Notes: generated by a model not told the origin, from the sequence alone. DNA of 64,000 nt from an uncultured Schaedlerella sp. (GCA_934435195.1 CAKSAJ010000008.1:18382-82381), one strand, 5' to 3'. Shown: positions 9,840-19,592, numbered from the stretch's first letter. Made by a program: numbers and translations.

Positions 9840-11948
9840 ATGAGAACAATAATTTCATCCTACAAAATGGGAGATATGAGATTGATTTATCAGCGAGGAA
9901 CAGATAGAAAGGGAAATGACTGCACAGGGATGTTGCTAGTGCCGGAAAGTATGAAGGACAAGATCATTGCAGAGAAAGAGTATGATGTAGAACCGTTGAT
10001 TCAAATGAAAATTGTAGGGGATAATTATCCGTTTAACTATTCCCACGGACGGACTATGAGGGGAAGTCAGACTGGAATGAAATTGCATTTTGCGGGACAG
10101 AAAGAGAATGAAGATGAGAAAGAACATACAATTTCTACTTTTTTAGAGGATGGACGAGGATTAAAATGCGAACATAGAGTACGTCTGTCAAAAGGCGATA
10201 AAGCTTGTTATGTGACTTGTAAAGTGACGAATGGGATGGACCATGAAATCAAAATGGAAATGTTCAGTAGCTTTACACTTGGAGGACTTACGCCTTTTAT
10301 AGTCGGAACAGCTTCGGAGACAATGCATTTGTATCAGATTCGCAGTACATGGGCCAATGAAGGCAGACTGGTCAGTCGTCCAATCGAGGAAGAACAATTG
10401 GAACCATCCTGGAAACCATCGGGAGCAAACGGAATTCGGTTTGGTCAGGTGGGAAGTATGCCAAACAGAGAATATTTTCCTTTTGTCGGTATAGAAGATA
10501 AGAAAAGTAAGGTGTGTTGGGGCGTACAGCTTGCAATCGGAAGTTCATGGCAGTTAGAAGCATATCGTAAAGATGATGCACTTTCTCTGTCGGGAGGAAT
10601 TGCGGATAGAGAGAAAGGACATTGGTTGAAGTCATTAAAGAAAGGGCAGAGCTTTGAGACACCGGCAGCAATTTTGTCAGTAGCTGCGGGAACAATGGAT
10701 GAATTGTGTCAGCGTATTACAAGAACGATACAGAACCATCTCACAATTCATTCGGAGGAACAGAATTTACCGATTGTATTCAATGAATTCTGTACGACAT
10801 GGGGGAATCCGGAAGCAGAGCTTATGAAACAGATTGTAGATACTGTTGCAGAAAAAGGAATCCGCTATTTCGTTCTGGATGCCGGATGGTATAAAACCCA
10901 AACAGGAAAGAATGATCAGTGGGCAATTGAGCATGGAGACTGGAATCCGAGTAATGAACTGTATCCGGATGGAATTGGAAAATTAGTAGAATACATCCAT
11001 GAGAAAGGAATGAAAGCAGGAATCTGGTTTGAGTTTGAGAATTGCGGACGTGAGTCAGAGCTGTTTTCCAACACAGAACTTTTATATGAAAGAGACGGTG
11101 TGCCGATTACAGTTGGAAACCGACGGTTTTTGAATATGCTGAATCCAAAGGTATGGGAATATCTGGATGAGCGAGTGCTTGGATTTTTGCAGAAGAATCA
11201 ATTCGATTATATAAAGATTGATTATAATGCGAATCTCGGAATCGGACCGGAAGGTGGAGATTCGTTTGGAAGTCAACTGTATGACAGTGTACAGGCAACA
11301 CAGCGGTATTATCAGCATCTGAAAAAAGAAATTCCGGGCTTGTTGATTGAAAACTGTGCAGCAGGAGGACATCGACTTGTAGAACCATTTTTGAACATTA
11401 CGGACATGTCTTCTTATTCAGACGCACATGAATGTATGAATATTCCATTGGTAGCAGCTAATATGCATCGCATGATACCGATTCGACAGAGCCAGATTTG
11501 GGCAGTGTTACATCCGGAATTTTCGGAAAGGATGATGTATTACAAATTGACAAGTACATTTCTGGGACGTATGTGTCTGTCTGGAGATGTTCAGAAACTG
11601 GATAAAAATCAGTGGGAAATTGTGACGGATGCAATCGATTTTTATAAGAAATGTGTTTCGATTATTGAGCATGGTTTGAGTGAGATTATGACAGAAACAG
11701 GATTGAGTTACAAAGAACCGAAAGGATATCAGATTGTAAAAAGGGTCTGGGAAGATAAGATGATGATAGTTGTTCATACGTTTGAAGAATGCCCGGAAAC
11801 GATCGAGATCAATTTAAACGGATATCGCGTAACAGACGTATTAAAAGCTCCTCAGATTGATGTAAATGATGAGCTTAATACGATTGAAATTAAAGGTTTA
11901 AAAGCATTTGACGGAATGGTATTATTAGGACAAAAGGAACGTAAGTAA
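9840..11948 (+). CDS. Alpha-galactosidase-like glycoside hydrolase (GH36/melibiase family)
   Basis: FVLDAGWY and DYIKIDYNANLG resemble the melibiase catalytic region (xDDGWF, DYIKWDMNR). Length is 702 aa. Confidence 0.6.
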   Translation: MRTIISSYKMGDMRLIYQRGTDRKGNDCTGMLLVPESMKDKIIAEKEYDVEPLIQMKIVGDNYPFNYSHGRTMRGSQTGMKLHFAGQKENEDEKEHTISTFLEDGRGLKCEHRVRLSKGDKACYVTCKVTNGMDHEIKMEMFSSFTLGGLTPFIVGTASETMHLYQIRSTWANEGRLVSRPIEEEQLEPSWKPSGANGIRFGQVGSMPNREYFPFVGIEDKKSKVCWGVQLAIGSSWQLEAYRKDDALSLSGGIADREKGHWLKSLKKGQSFETPAAILSVAAGTMDELCQRITRTIQNHLTIHSEEQNLPIVFNEFCTTWGNPEAELMKQIVDTVAEKGIRYFVLDAGWYKTQTGKNDQWAIEHGDWNPSNELYPDGIGKLVEYIHEKGMKAGIWFEFENCGRESELFSNTELLYERDGVPITVGNRRFLNMLNPKVWEYLDERVLGFLQKNQFDYIKIDYNANLGIGPEGGDSFGSQLYDSVQATQRYYQHLKKEIPGLLIENCAAGGHRLVEPFLNITDMSSYSDAHECMNIPLVAANMHRMIPIRQSQIWAVLHPEFSERMMYYKLTSTFLGRMCLSGDVQKLDKNQWEIVTDAIDFYKKCVSIIEHGLSEIMTETGLSYKEPKGYQIVKRVWEDKMMIVVHTFEECPETIEINLNGYRVTDVLKAPQIDVNDELNTIEIKGLKAFDGMVLLGQKERK

Positions 11949-11965
11949 AATGAACCTTACTATTT

Positions 11966-12001
11966 ACAGCCTTCCCATTAGATACGGAATGAGAAGGCTG
12001 T
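11966..12001. repeat. Palindromic hairpin element copy 1 (acagccttc-N18-gaaggctgt)
   Basis: 9-bp perfect inverted repeat 18 nt after the GH36 stop. Related in sequence to the hairpin at 13298-13337, sharing the ACAGCC.TCC.ATTAGATA core. Confidence 0.5.
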
Positions 12002-12261
12002 CGGGAAATAGATGATTCTAAATAGGGGTAGATGTGACGCATGTGAGTCTAATCTACCTCTAATATTTTTCCACAAAAAAGACGCTGACTATATTTTAAT
12101 TTTAGTATTGCAATCGATATATTTTTTATGTTAGAGTATAAAAAAGCATATTTCTTTATGAATTCTAAGGTGTTATGCACCATCTATACTCTACAAACAC
12201 ATTTCAGAAATCTATGCTTTGATACCAAAAACAAATGTAAAAAAGCAGAAGAGGACTGAAA

Positions 12262-13287
12262 ATGAAAAGGAATAGAGTACGTCCTCCTGCGAAAGAATGG
12301 GAGGAACCAAAGACGAAACAACAAAATAAAGTAAAACCAGATGCAATTTTGAAGACATTCTGGAGAAATAACGAACGATTTGCGGATTTATTTAATGCCG
12401 TATTGTTTGATGGACAACAGGTGATAGAGGCAGAAGCATTAACAGAGGCTGATACAGATCTTTCATCTTTGTTAAAAATGAATGGACATGCAGAGACAAT
12501 CCAGAAAGTATTTGATGTTGTAAAGAAAACAGCATACGGAGTGGATTTTGTAATCTGGGGATTGGAAAATCAGGACAATGTTCACTATGCGATGCCGCTT
12601 CGGCATATGTTAAATGATTCGCTTGTATATTTGAAAGAATGTAATGAAATTATTGCGGAGAATCGTAGAGAAAAGCAATTAAAATCATCAGGTGAATTCT
12701 TGTCAGGGTTAAAGAGGGCAGATCGTTTACATCCGATAATTAGTATCTGTGTGTATTATGGGGAAGAGGACTGGGATGGACCATTGAGTTTGACAGATAT
12801 GCTGAATATACCGGAGAAATTAAAACTGATGGTGGCAGACTATAAGATGAATCTGTTGCAGGTGAAGAAAAGCGAAAGTTTTCCATTTCATAATCAGGAT
12901 ATAAAAACTGTATTTGAAGTCATACGTCTTATTTATGGTCATGAGTATGAAAAAATTAATACAGTGTATAGAGATAGACCACTGGATACAGAATTGGCAT
13001 TAGTAATTGGTTCAATTACGAAATCACAGAGAATCATTGATCAGGCGTTGGATTTAGAACAGGAGGGAAAACAGATGCAGATGTGCAAAGCGTTGCAGGA
13101 ATTAGAACAACGAGGCATGGAAACCGGATTTACAGAAGGTATAGAATCTGGTAAAAAAGAGTTATTGAGACAGAAAGTAGCAAAGAAACTTGCAAAAGGA
13201 AAGCAATTGGAAGTAATTGCAGATGAGTTAGAAGAGGATATTGCAACTATCCAGACAATTGTAGATGAGATACAAGCAGCAGAGTAA
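12262..13287 (+). CDS. Rpn/YhgA-like family recombination-promoting nuclease / putative transposase
   Basis: PDAILKTFWRNNERFADLFNAVLF resembles the YhgA-like N-terminal HDxxFKxxF motif. VDFVIWGLENQDNVHYAMPLRHM fits the hIEhQs..d..M.RM core. Acidic/K-rich C-terminal tail is typical of the Rpn family. Confidence 0.5.
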   Translation: MKRNRVRPPAKEWEEPKTKQQNKVKPDAILKTFWRNNERFADLFNAVLFDGQQVIEAEALTEADTDLSSLLKMNGHAETIQKVFDVVKKTAYGVDFVIWGLENQDNVHYAMPLRHMLNDSLVYLKECNEIIAENRREKQLKSSGEFLSGLKRADRLHPIISICVYYGEEDWDGPLSLTDMLNIPEKLKLMVADYKMNLLQVKKSESFPFHNQDIKTVFEVIRLIYGHEYEKINTVYRDRPLDTELALVIGSITKSQRIIDQALDLEQEGKQMQMCKALQELEQRGMETGFTEGIESGKKELLRQKVAKKLAKGKQLEVIADELEEDIATIQTIVDEIQAAE

Positions 13288-13297
13288 TTTTACTACC

Positions 13298-13337
13298 AAA
13301 CAGCCATCCTATTAGATATTGAATAGGATGGCTGTTT
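13298..13337. repeat. Palindromic hairpin element copy 2 (16-bp stem aaacagccatcctatt / aataggatggctgttt)
   Basis: Perfect 16-bp inverted repeat with an 8-nt loop, 10 nt after the Rpn stop. Homologous to copy 1, with compensatory changes that keep the stem paired. Confidence 0.5.
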
Positions 13338-13378
13338 AGTAATTTACATTTTATTTACTATATATGAAAGAAATAATA

Positions 13379-14248
13379 TTATGAATTAAACTGGGCATAT
13401 TTCTTCGGAGATATGCCCACTGCTTTTGTAAATGCCTTTAAGTAATTGCTATAGTCATTAAATCCGCACATCTCACATGCTTCGGTCACACTGTATCCCT
13501 GACTGAGCAGAGATTTTGAAAGTGTCAGTCGTTTTGCAGTGATGTATTTATTGATTGTCGTTCCGGTAGCGGCTTTGAATATGCGGCAGATATAGGAACT
13601 GCTCATATAAAAATGCGCCGACAAATCTTCTAAAGTCAAAGGCTCTTTGATATGTGAATTAATATAAGAAAGAATCTCATCCACTTGCGTATGGTATTTG
13701 GATGTTGATTTTTCAGCATCATTTTTTATAGTAGTGGTCCCCTTGTTTTGGAATGTCTGATTTAAAAATACCATCAATTCAAGAAAAACTGCTTTATCTA
13801 ATAAATCTTCACCAATTCCTTCGTTTGATTGAAATTTATGAATAAAATAAATGAATCGATTCTGTTCTTCTGGTGTCAAATGGACACAGTGAGGCATATG
13901 GGTATCTCGAAAACTGAAGCAATGGTTCAGGTCAGTGTTTGGGGTAGAAAGTTGTGTCAGGTAATCCGGGTCAATAGATAGAATAATTCTTTCGTGAGTT
14001 TCCTGATCAATCTGAGTCAAATGATGGCTTTCAAATTGATTGATCAAAAAAATATCGCCGGGATGGATGTCATACAGACAATTATCAATCAGAAATTGTT
14101 TGCCACCGGAAATCGAATAATAGATTTCATAACAATTGTGAATATGCATATCCATGATTTTTTCATCACTATATAAGTGAGCAAATGCAAAAGAATGTGT
14201 GTCGATACAATTTTTCATAGATTCTTTGCATGTAGAACAAGCTTTCAT
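13379..14248 (-). CDS. AraC family transcriptional regulator (cupin-type N-terminal domain plus AraC HTH)
   Basis: C-terminal LTLEDLSAHFYMSSSYICRIFKAATGTTINKYITAKRLTLSKSLL...GFNDYSNYLKAFTKAVGISPKKY is a canonical AraC HTH pair. Start chosen at the internal Met (MKACSTCKE) preceded by aaaggagg. Confidence 0.8.
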   Translation of the reverse strand: MKACSTCKESMKNCIDTHSFAFAHLYSDEKIMDMHIHNCYEIYYSISGGKQFLIDNCLYDIHPGDIFLINQFESHHLTQIDQETHERIILSIDPDYLTQLSTPNTDLNHCFSFRDTHMPHCVHLTPEEQNRFIYFIHKFQSNEGIGEDLLDKAVFLELMVFLNQTFQNKGTTTIKNDAEKSTSKYHTQVDEILSYINSHIKEPLTLEDLSAHFYMSSSYICRIFKAATGTTINKYITAKRLTLSKSLLSQGYSVTEACEMCGFNDYSNYLKAFTKAVGISPKKYAQFNS

Positions 14249-14522
14249 TGGGTTAAACCTCCTTTTCTTTTGGATAAATATACGAATAATATTGCAATGT
14301 TTGAACAAATTGATTCTATATAACATGCAAATCGTGAACTCTTATTTTGATTATACGAGGTATGTTCAAAATATTCAATATTTACATCAACATTTCACAA
14401 GAAAAGGAATAAAGCGAATGGTATAGTATAGTCAAGAGATGAGAAAAAACTCATTAAAAAAGCAGAACTTCATTGTTTAGACAAATCAAATAGCTATTAC
14501 AAAAAATAACAGGAGGATTATC

Positions 14523-15386
14523 ATGGAAGTAAGAACAGCAGCATCACCAAGAGATGTGAAACACTACACAACAGACAGATTGAGAGAGGAATTTTTAATT
14601 CAGAATCTGTTCCAGGCAGACAAGATCAATCTGGTTTACAGCCACATTGACCGTATCATCACAGGAGCAGCAGTACCGGTTCAGGAGAAACTTGCATTGA
14701 CAGCAGGGGATGAACTGAGAGCAGAATATTTCCTTCAGAGAAGAGAAATGGGACTGATCAATATCGGTGGAGATGGAGTTGTGACAGTTGATGGACGCGT
14801 TTATGAAGTAAATGCAAGAGACGGAATGTACATCGGACGTGGATCAAAAGATATTACATTTGAAAGCAAAGATGCTTCATGTCCGGCTAAATTTTATTTG
14901 AACAGTGCTCCGGCACACGTTGCTTACCCAACAGTACATATCAAACTTGAGGGAGAACCTGAAGAAGGTGTTGTGATCGTAAAAGATGAGAACAAAGTGG
15001 AAATGGGAACACTTGAGGATTCTAACCACAGAGTAATCAACAAATATATCGTAACAGGTCAGGTAGATAGCTGCCAGCTTGCTATGGGTATGACAAAACT
15101 TCTTCCGGGAAGCGTATGGAACACAATGCCGGCTCATACACACGACAGACGTATGGAAGTTTACCTGTACTTTGATATGGAAGATGATGCATTTGTAATG
15201 CACTACATGGGAGAGCCACAGGAGACAAGACACATCATTATGCATAATGAAGAAGCTGTTATCTCTCCAAGCTGGTCAATTCACTCAGGATGTGGATCAA
15301 GAGCATACACATTTATCTGGGGAATGTGCGGAGAAAATCAGGACTACGGCGATATGGACAATATCGAGAATAAAGATTTGAGATAA
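14523..15386 (+). CDS. kduI: 4-deoxy-L-threo-5-hexosulose-uronate ketol-isomerase
   Basis: Co-linear with E. coli KduI along its length: VYSHIDRII, GLINIGG, KFYLNSAPAH, NTMPAHTHDRRMEVYLYF, HNEEAVISPSWSIHSG, YTFIWGMCGENQ. Confidence 0.9.
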   Translation: MEVRTAASPRDVKHYTTDRLREEFLIQNLFQADKINLVYSHIDRIITGAAVPVQEKLALTAGDELRAEYFLQRREMGLINIGGDGVVTVDGRVYEVNARDGMYIGRGSKDITFESKDASCPAKFYLNSAPAHVAYPTVHIKLEGEPEEGVVIVKDENKVEMGTLEDSNHRVINKYIVTGQVDSCQLAMGMTKLLPGSVWNTMPAHTHDRRMEVYLYFDMEDDAFVMHYMGEPQETRHIIMHNEEAVISPSWSIHSGCGSRAYTFIWGMCGENQDYGDMDNIENKDLR

Positions 15387-15506
15387 TCATCTTTTATATA
15401 AGAATATAGAAAACGCTCGTTGAGAGTAAATACACAGAAGTATATAAGAATAATAATCCCTAATATATAAACCCAATTATAATAAGAAGAAAGAGAGGAA
15501 TTTAAC

Positions 15507-16301
15507 ATGGTTAATTTTTCATTGGAAGGTAAAATTGCACTTGTAACAGGAGCATCTTACGGAATCGGATTTGGAATCGCATCTGCTTATGCAGAAGCAG
15601 GAGCAACAATCTGCTTTAACGATCTTAGTCAGGAAAAAGTAGATAAGGGAATTGCTGCATACAAAGAAATCGGTGTAGATGCACACGGATATGTATGTGA
15701 TGTAACAGATGAAGCACAGGTTCAGGCAATGGTTGCTAAAATCAACGAAGAAGTTGGTATCATTGATATCCTTGTAAATAATGCAGGAATCATCATGAGA
15801 AAACCAATGCTTGAGATGGAAGCTGATGAGTTCAGAAAAGTAATCGATGTAGATTTGAACGCTCCATTCATCGTTTCCAAAGCAGTTATTCCGGGAATGA
15901 AAGAAAAAGGACACGGAAAAATTATCAACATCTGTTCTATGATGAGTGAGCTTGGACGTGAGACTGTATCTGCTTATGCAGCAGCAAAAGGTGGATTGAA
16001 AATGCTTACAAGAAATATCTGTTCTGAGTATGGTGAGTACAATATTCAGTGTAATGGTATTGGACCTGGATACATTGCAACACCACAGACAGCACCACTG
16101 CGTGAGAGACAGGCAGACGGAAGCAGACATCCATTTGACCAGTTCATCGTTGCTAAGACACCGGCTGCTCGTTGGGGAACACCGGAAGATCTTCAGGGAC
16201 CAGCAGTATTCCTGGCATCTGATGCATCAGACTTTGTAAACGGACATATCCTGTATGTAGACGGAGGAATCCTTGCATACATCGGAAAACAGCCACAATA
16301 A
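15507..16301 (+). CDS. kduD: 2-dehydro-3-deoxy-D-gluconate 5-dehydrogenase (SDR family)
   Basis: FSLEGKIALVTGASYGIG (Rossmann), IDILVNNAG, GKIINICSM, IGPGYIATP, GPAVFLASDASDFVNGHILYVDGG closely follow KduD/gluconate 5-dehydrogenase. Immediately downstream of kduI. Confidence 0.75.
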   Translation: MVNFSLEGKIALVTGASYGIGFGIASAYAEAGATICFNDLSQEKVDKGIAAYKEIGVDAHGYVCDVTDEAQVQAMVAKINEEVGIIDILVNNAGIIMRKPMLEMEADEFRKVIDVDLNAPFIVSKAVIPGMKEKGHGKIINICSMMSELGRETVSAYAAAKGGLKMLTRNICSEYGEYNIQCNGIGPGYIATPQTAPLRERQADGSRHPFDQFIVAKTPAARWGTPEDLQGPAVFLASDASDFVNGHILYVDGGILAYIGKQPQ

Positions 16302-16336
16302 GAATCCTTTAAAATATCATAAATTGATAATATATG

Positions 16337-16411
16337 AAAATAGCTCATTTTGTCTTGTTATGTACAAAATGAGCTATTTTTAGGGTGCTATGTGACAGCA
16401 CCCTTTTTATA
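16337..16411. terminator. Convergent-gene terminator region between kduD and the downstream Rpn gene (two hairpins)
   Basis: 15-bp inverted repeat aaaatagctcatttt...aaaatgagctatttt at 16337-16380. Second hairpin agggtgct-atgtgac-agcaccct followed by ttttt at 16383-16410. Confidence 0.6.
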
Positions 16412-16421
16412 CAGTAGTATT

Positions 16422-17408
16422 TTATTTTTGTTTCTGTAATTCTTCTTTTAATTTTTGAATTTCTTCATCTTTTTTCTTAAGTTCTTTTTCTTTCTGGTCT
16501 ATATCTTTCTGCATTTCGTCAATCATCAACTTCGTTGTATTCCGGTCTAATTCTATCAACTCTTTCGAAAACATATTCATCACCTCTTCGACATTCCGGC
16601 AAATCTCATAGACTTGTGTGTACATTTCTCTGAAATCCGGATATCGCTCAATAATCTTAATGATTGCTTCCGGTTCATCCATGCACAGAAACGCAAGCCA
16701 TGCTTCCAGCCTTGTTTCTATCTTTATTGCTCTGTTTTCATTGTGCTGAATCTGCTTAAAAATGTCAAGTGGCACGAAGATATATTTTTGTAGTAAATTC
16801 ATTTTTGCTCCTGTGTTTGAAGTTTGTTCAAAACAATGAATATAGTTTTTCGGATATTTGTGGAATACTTCTGGACTTTTTTCGAAAAATACGATTGTGT
16901 ATACCGGTTTGATATCTCTATATGAAAATTTAGTTACCAATCGACTTCGAACTCTTCGATATTGACGTAATAGTAAATCAGCAGAATAACATGCACCTCT
17001 TTCCCCCGGAAACATATAGCCAATTTTCTGAATCTCTAGGTTTACAATGCTTCCATCTTCCAATTGCACTACCATATCTTTAATCAAAAGTGTACATTCA
17101 TCTGCAAGACGTGTACCTTCATTTGGTAACACTTCAATGATTTTTACTTTCTGTTTCAACAATAATGAAAGTAATTCATTCACCCGTTCAGGTGTGCTTT
17201 CCGGATTCAGAATTTCTTTTCCCATAAAATCGTACATCATCTTAATGCCTTTTACACCGGTACAGATATCCAGAAACTCTTGACGGTGATCTGCGTTCCA
17301 ACCATAAAACATTTCTAGTAATTTAGGTTTACTTTTAATTATCTGTTCTACCTCCTCGCGTGTCCGAATTATTGGAAAATATTGTTGTAACTTGTTTTGC
17401 ATAAGCAT
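16422..17408 (-). CDS. Rpn family (PD-(D/E)XK nuclease-type) putative transposase
   Basis: The segment IKDMVVQLEDGSIVNLEIQKIGYMFPGERGACYSADLLLRQY is the conserved core of PD-(D/E)XK transposase-like proteins. C-terminal coiled-coil/KE-rich tail. Confidence 0.55.
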   Translation of the reverse strand: MLMQNKLQQYFPIIRTREEVEQIIKSKPKLLEMFYGWNADHRQEFLDICTGVKGIKMMYDFMGKEILNPESTPERVNELLSLLLKQKVKIIEVLPNEGTRLADECTLLIKDMVVQLEDGSIVNLEIQKIGYMFPGERGACYSADLLLRQYRRVRSRLVTKFSYRDIKPVYTIVFFEKSPEVFHKYPKNYIHCFEQTSNTGAKMNLLQKYIFVPLDIFKQIQHNENRAIKIETRLEAWLAFLCMDEPEAIIKIIERYPDFREMYTQVYEICRNVEEVMNMFSKELIELDRNTTKLMIDEMQKDIDQKEKELKKKDEEIQKLKEELQKQK

Positions 17409-17739
17409 GCCCTCCTTCTTTGACAGAAAAATTTTCTGGAAAAGGAATGACTTTTGCCTACAAACAAACTTTTCAGAGTTTATATAGAAGTTGATTTTGC
17501 CTAAAAAACTATTGGATAATAATGTCTGATTTTCCTATTCCATTTCCTATTTTTCTGTTCAATTGTAATGTGTTCATTTTTGGAATAATTCCCTGATAAA
17601 TAGGGCCCTGAAATGAATGAAATTAATATAGATACTTTTTGCAGACACTGAGAATTTATCTGCGTGTTGAAAGCATAACATAATGTATCTGTAAAAGCAA
17701 GGATAAAATTTATTCCAATCAGCCTACCTTTTTCGTCAT

Positions 17740-17881
17740 GTTACTGTTCACAGTGCCTGTGACCAGCAACGCATCTCGCCATTTTAAATCGCCTTTGGCG
17801 ATGGGCGAGATGCCGTTCAAGATAAAACGTGCATCCTCCGTGCCAATCAGCGTAGTGATTGACACGGGAGTGAACAGTAAC
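17740..17881. other. GC-rich structured intergenic element (nested inverted repeats); possible cis-regulatory RNA or small RNA
   Basis: 12-bp inverted repeat gttactgttcac (17740-17751) / gtgaacagtaac (17870-17881) encloses a 10-12-bp stem (gcatctcgcc at 17771-80 pairing ggcgagatgc at 17804-13) with an inner atcgcc-ttt-ggcgat hairpin. GC content is clearly above the flanks. Confidence 0.3.
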
Positions 17882-17920
17882 TTCGTCATATCCTGTATTC
17901 TATAGTTTTTTAGAAAAAAT

Positions 17921-17980
17921 ATTTGACGAGCGTCAAATAATAACATATAATATTATAAAATTATTTGACGAGCGTCAAAA
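17921..17980 (+). promoter_or_regulatory. Two identical 17-bp operator-like palindromes (aTTTGACGagCGTCAAa) spaced 43 bp apart, overlapping a sigma-A-like promoter (-35 TTGACG, -10 TATAAT)
   Basis: atttgacgagcgtcaaa occurs at 17921-17937 and 17964-17980; each has 6-bp palindromic arms TTGACG/CGTCAA. TATAAT at 17946-17951 lies 16 bp after the first TTGACG. Both copies are upstream of the HipA-like gene, with its SD aaggag at ~17983. Confidence 0.5.
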
Positions 17981-17992
17981 AGAAAGGAGCAA

Positions 17993-18817
17993 ATGATGGA
18001 TAATAAAATAATTATGGAAACACAGGATCTCACATATTTAAAATGGTCGCATATCAGAAGTTCAAGTGGAACAGCAGGAACTTTTTTGAAATCAGAATCC
18101 GTGATAGAAGGGAAAAAGATATATTATAAGTTATCTAATTTTGATTTTGTGAATGGAGTTATAGGGCATGAATGCGTAAATGAGATAATTGTTGATCGTT
18201 TGCTTACTTTATTAGGAGTGGAACATCTTGAATATAAGTTGATACATGCAGATATAGAGATAGAGGGAAAGATATATAACACATATTTGTGTGCTTCTGC
18301 GGACTTTAAAAAACGAGGAGAGAGTAAGATTGCGTTAGACGATTATTATAGAACGAATGCTAAGAAAGAAGAATCACACTATGATTTTTGCGTTCGCTGT
18401 GGTTGGAAAAAGTATATTGATCAAATGATAGCAATTGATTATCTGATACTTAATAGGGATAGACATGGTGCCAATATTGAAATTTTAAGAAATGCAAGAG
18501 CTCGTATATTACGAATTGCACCATTATTTGATCACGGATCGTCATTATTATATTCATGTATCTCTGATGAGGATGTTATGAAATTTGATATTATGGAAGA
18601 CAAACGTTGTCAGAACTTTATTGGTAGTTACTCATGCTATGAAAATTTGAATTTCATAAAAGCTTGTGGAGATGTGTTTGATGGTAAGTTGAAGGAATCT
18701 GATAGAAGTATTATTTTTGAAGGACTGGAAACAATTTTGTCAGAAGTTTTTATTGATAAAATTTGGAATATGATTTATGAGAGGTATAAGATATATGAAA
18801 ATCTTTCAAATAATTGA
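17993..18817 (+). CDS. HipA-like serine/threonine kinase-fold protein (kinase core only, HipT-like length)
   Basis: SSSGTAGTFLKS resembles the HipA P-loop-like motif (SvAGaQeK). ILNRDRHGANIEIL matches the HipA catalytic loop N-x-D-x-H-x-x-N. APLFDHGSSL resembles the HipA aPaYDlvST Mg-binding segment. Confidence 0.55.
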   Translation: MMDNKIIMETQDLTYLKWSHIRSSSGTAGTFLKSESVIEGKKIYYKLSNFDFVNGVIGHECVNEIIVDRLLTLLGVEHLEYKLIHADIEIEGKIYNTYLCASADFKKRGESKIALDDYYRTNAKKEESHYDFCVRCGWKKYIDQMIAIDYLILNRDRHGANIEILRNARARILRIAPLFDHGSSLLYSCISDEDVMKFDIMEDKRCQNFIGSYSCYENLNFIKACGDVFDGKLKESDRSIIFEGLETILSEVFIDKIWNMIYERYKIYENLSNN

Positions 18818-19592
18818 TGAAGAAAATGCATTATTAGCAGGAATTCTTCTTTACTATGAAAAAGCCAAAACTTGTATTATAGAATTGCCGGAATATCTGG
18901 ATGCATGGACAGCTCCTTTGCTGTTTGCAAGCTATGTCAAAAAGAAAATATATACCATTCCACGTGATATTAGCTTTTTATGGGTAAAAGAAAGAGTAAT
19001 TCCAAGCGGAAGACAGAATATCAAAGCGATTCTGACACATCATCATATGGAGACTTACGATGAAATGAAATTTTTAGAAATTTCAGAGGGTAGATGTTCA
19101 CAGGATAGTCTTTATATTAAAAAAATAAATTATTTACCGGATTTTGTTATGGAAAGACAACAGAAAAATATTAAGGAATGCGTTATGTCTGAAAATCATA
19201 CAATATTATGTTTTTTTGCTGATGAGACAATGAAGAAAATTGAATTAGATAGCATGAAAGATATTGAAGAACTGAAAAAGATAGTGAATAATGAACGATT
19301 ATATCAATCAGGAAAAATTGGAACAGGAGGGTATTTTATTACGTTTAATGATTCCATTGATATACAGGCAAGCCTTCTTTACGAAGTTGGGGAAACAATG
19401 CCATTAAAATTGAATGATTTTAAAATGTTTGTACAAAAAAATATTCTTGATACAACAGAAAGCTGTAATTTATTAGAATGTTCTCGGCAAAATATATCCT
19501 ATATGGTAAATCAACAGAAGTTAAATTCTGTAAAAGAAGAAGCAAGGGGAAATCTATATTTAAAAGGTGATGTTTTGCGTACAATGTGGTAA
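18795..19592 (+). CDS. Hypothetical protein with C-terminal helix-turn-helix motif; putative partner/regulator of the HipA-like kinase
   Basis: Start overlaps the upstream stop by ~23 bp (translational coupling). C-terminal TTESCNLLECSRQNISYMVNQQKL fits an HTH (XRE/AlpA-like) pattern. No recognisable N-terminal domain. Confidence 0.45.
   Translation: MKIFQIIDEENALLAGILLYYEKAKTCIIELPEYLDAWTAPLLFASYVKKKIYTIPRDISFLWVKERVIPSGRQNIKAILTHHHMETYDEMKFLEISEGRCSQDSLYIKKINYLPDFVMERQQKNIKECVMSENHTILCFFADETMKKIELDSMKDIEELKKIVNNERLYQSGKIGTGGYFITFNDSIDIQASLLYEVGETMPLKLNDFKMFVQKNILDTTESCNLLECSRQNISYMVNQQKLNSVKEEARGNLYLKGDVLRTMW

Noticed and set aside
15519-16130. 203-aa minus-strand ORF
   Set aside because: Antisense to kduD, which has unambiguous SDR motifs.
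17719-17946. 75-aa minus-strand ORF as a divergently transcribed regulator of the HipA-like operon
   Set aside because: No HTH or other motif. Its start would sit inside the operator palindrome, and the region is GC-rich and full of nested inverted repeats. Treated as a structured non-coding element instead.
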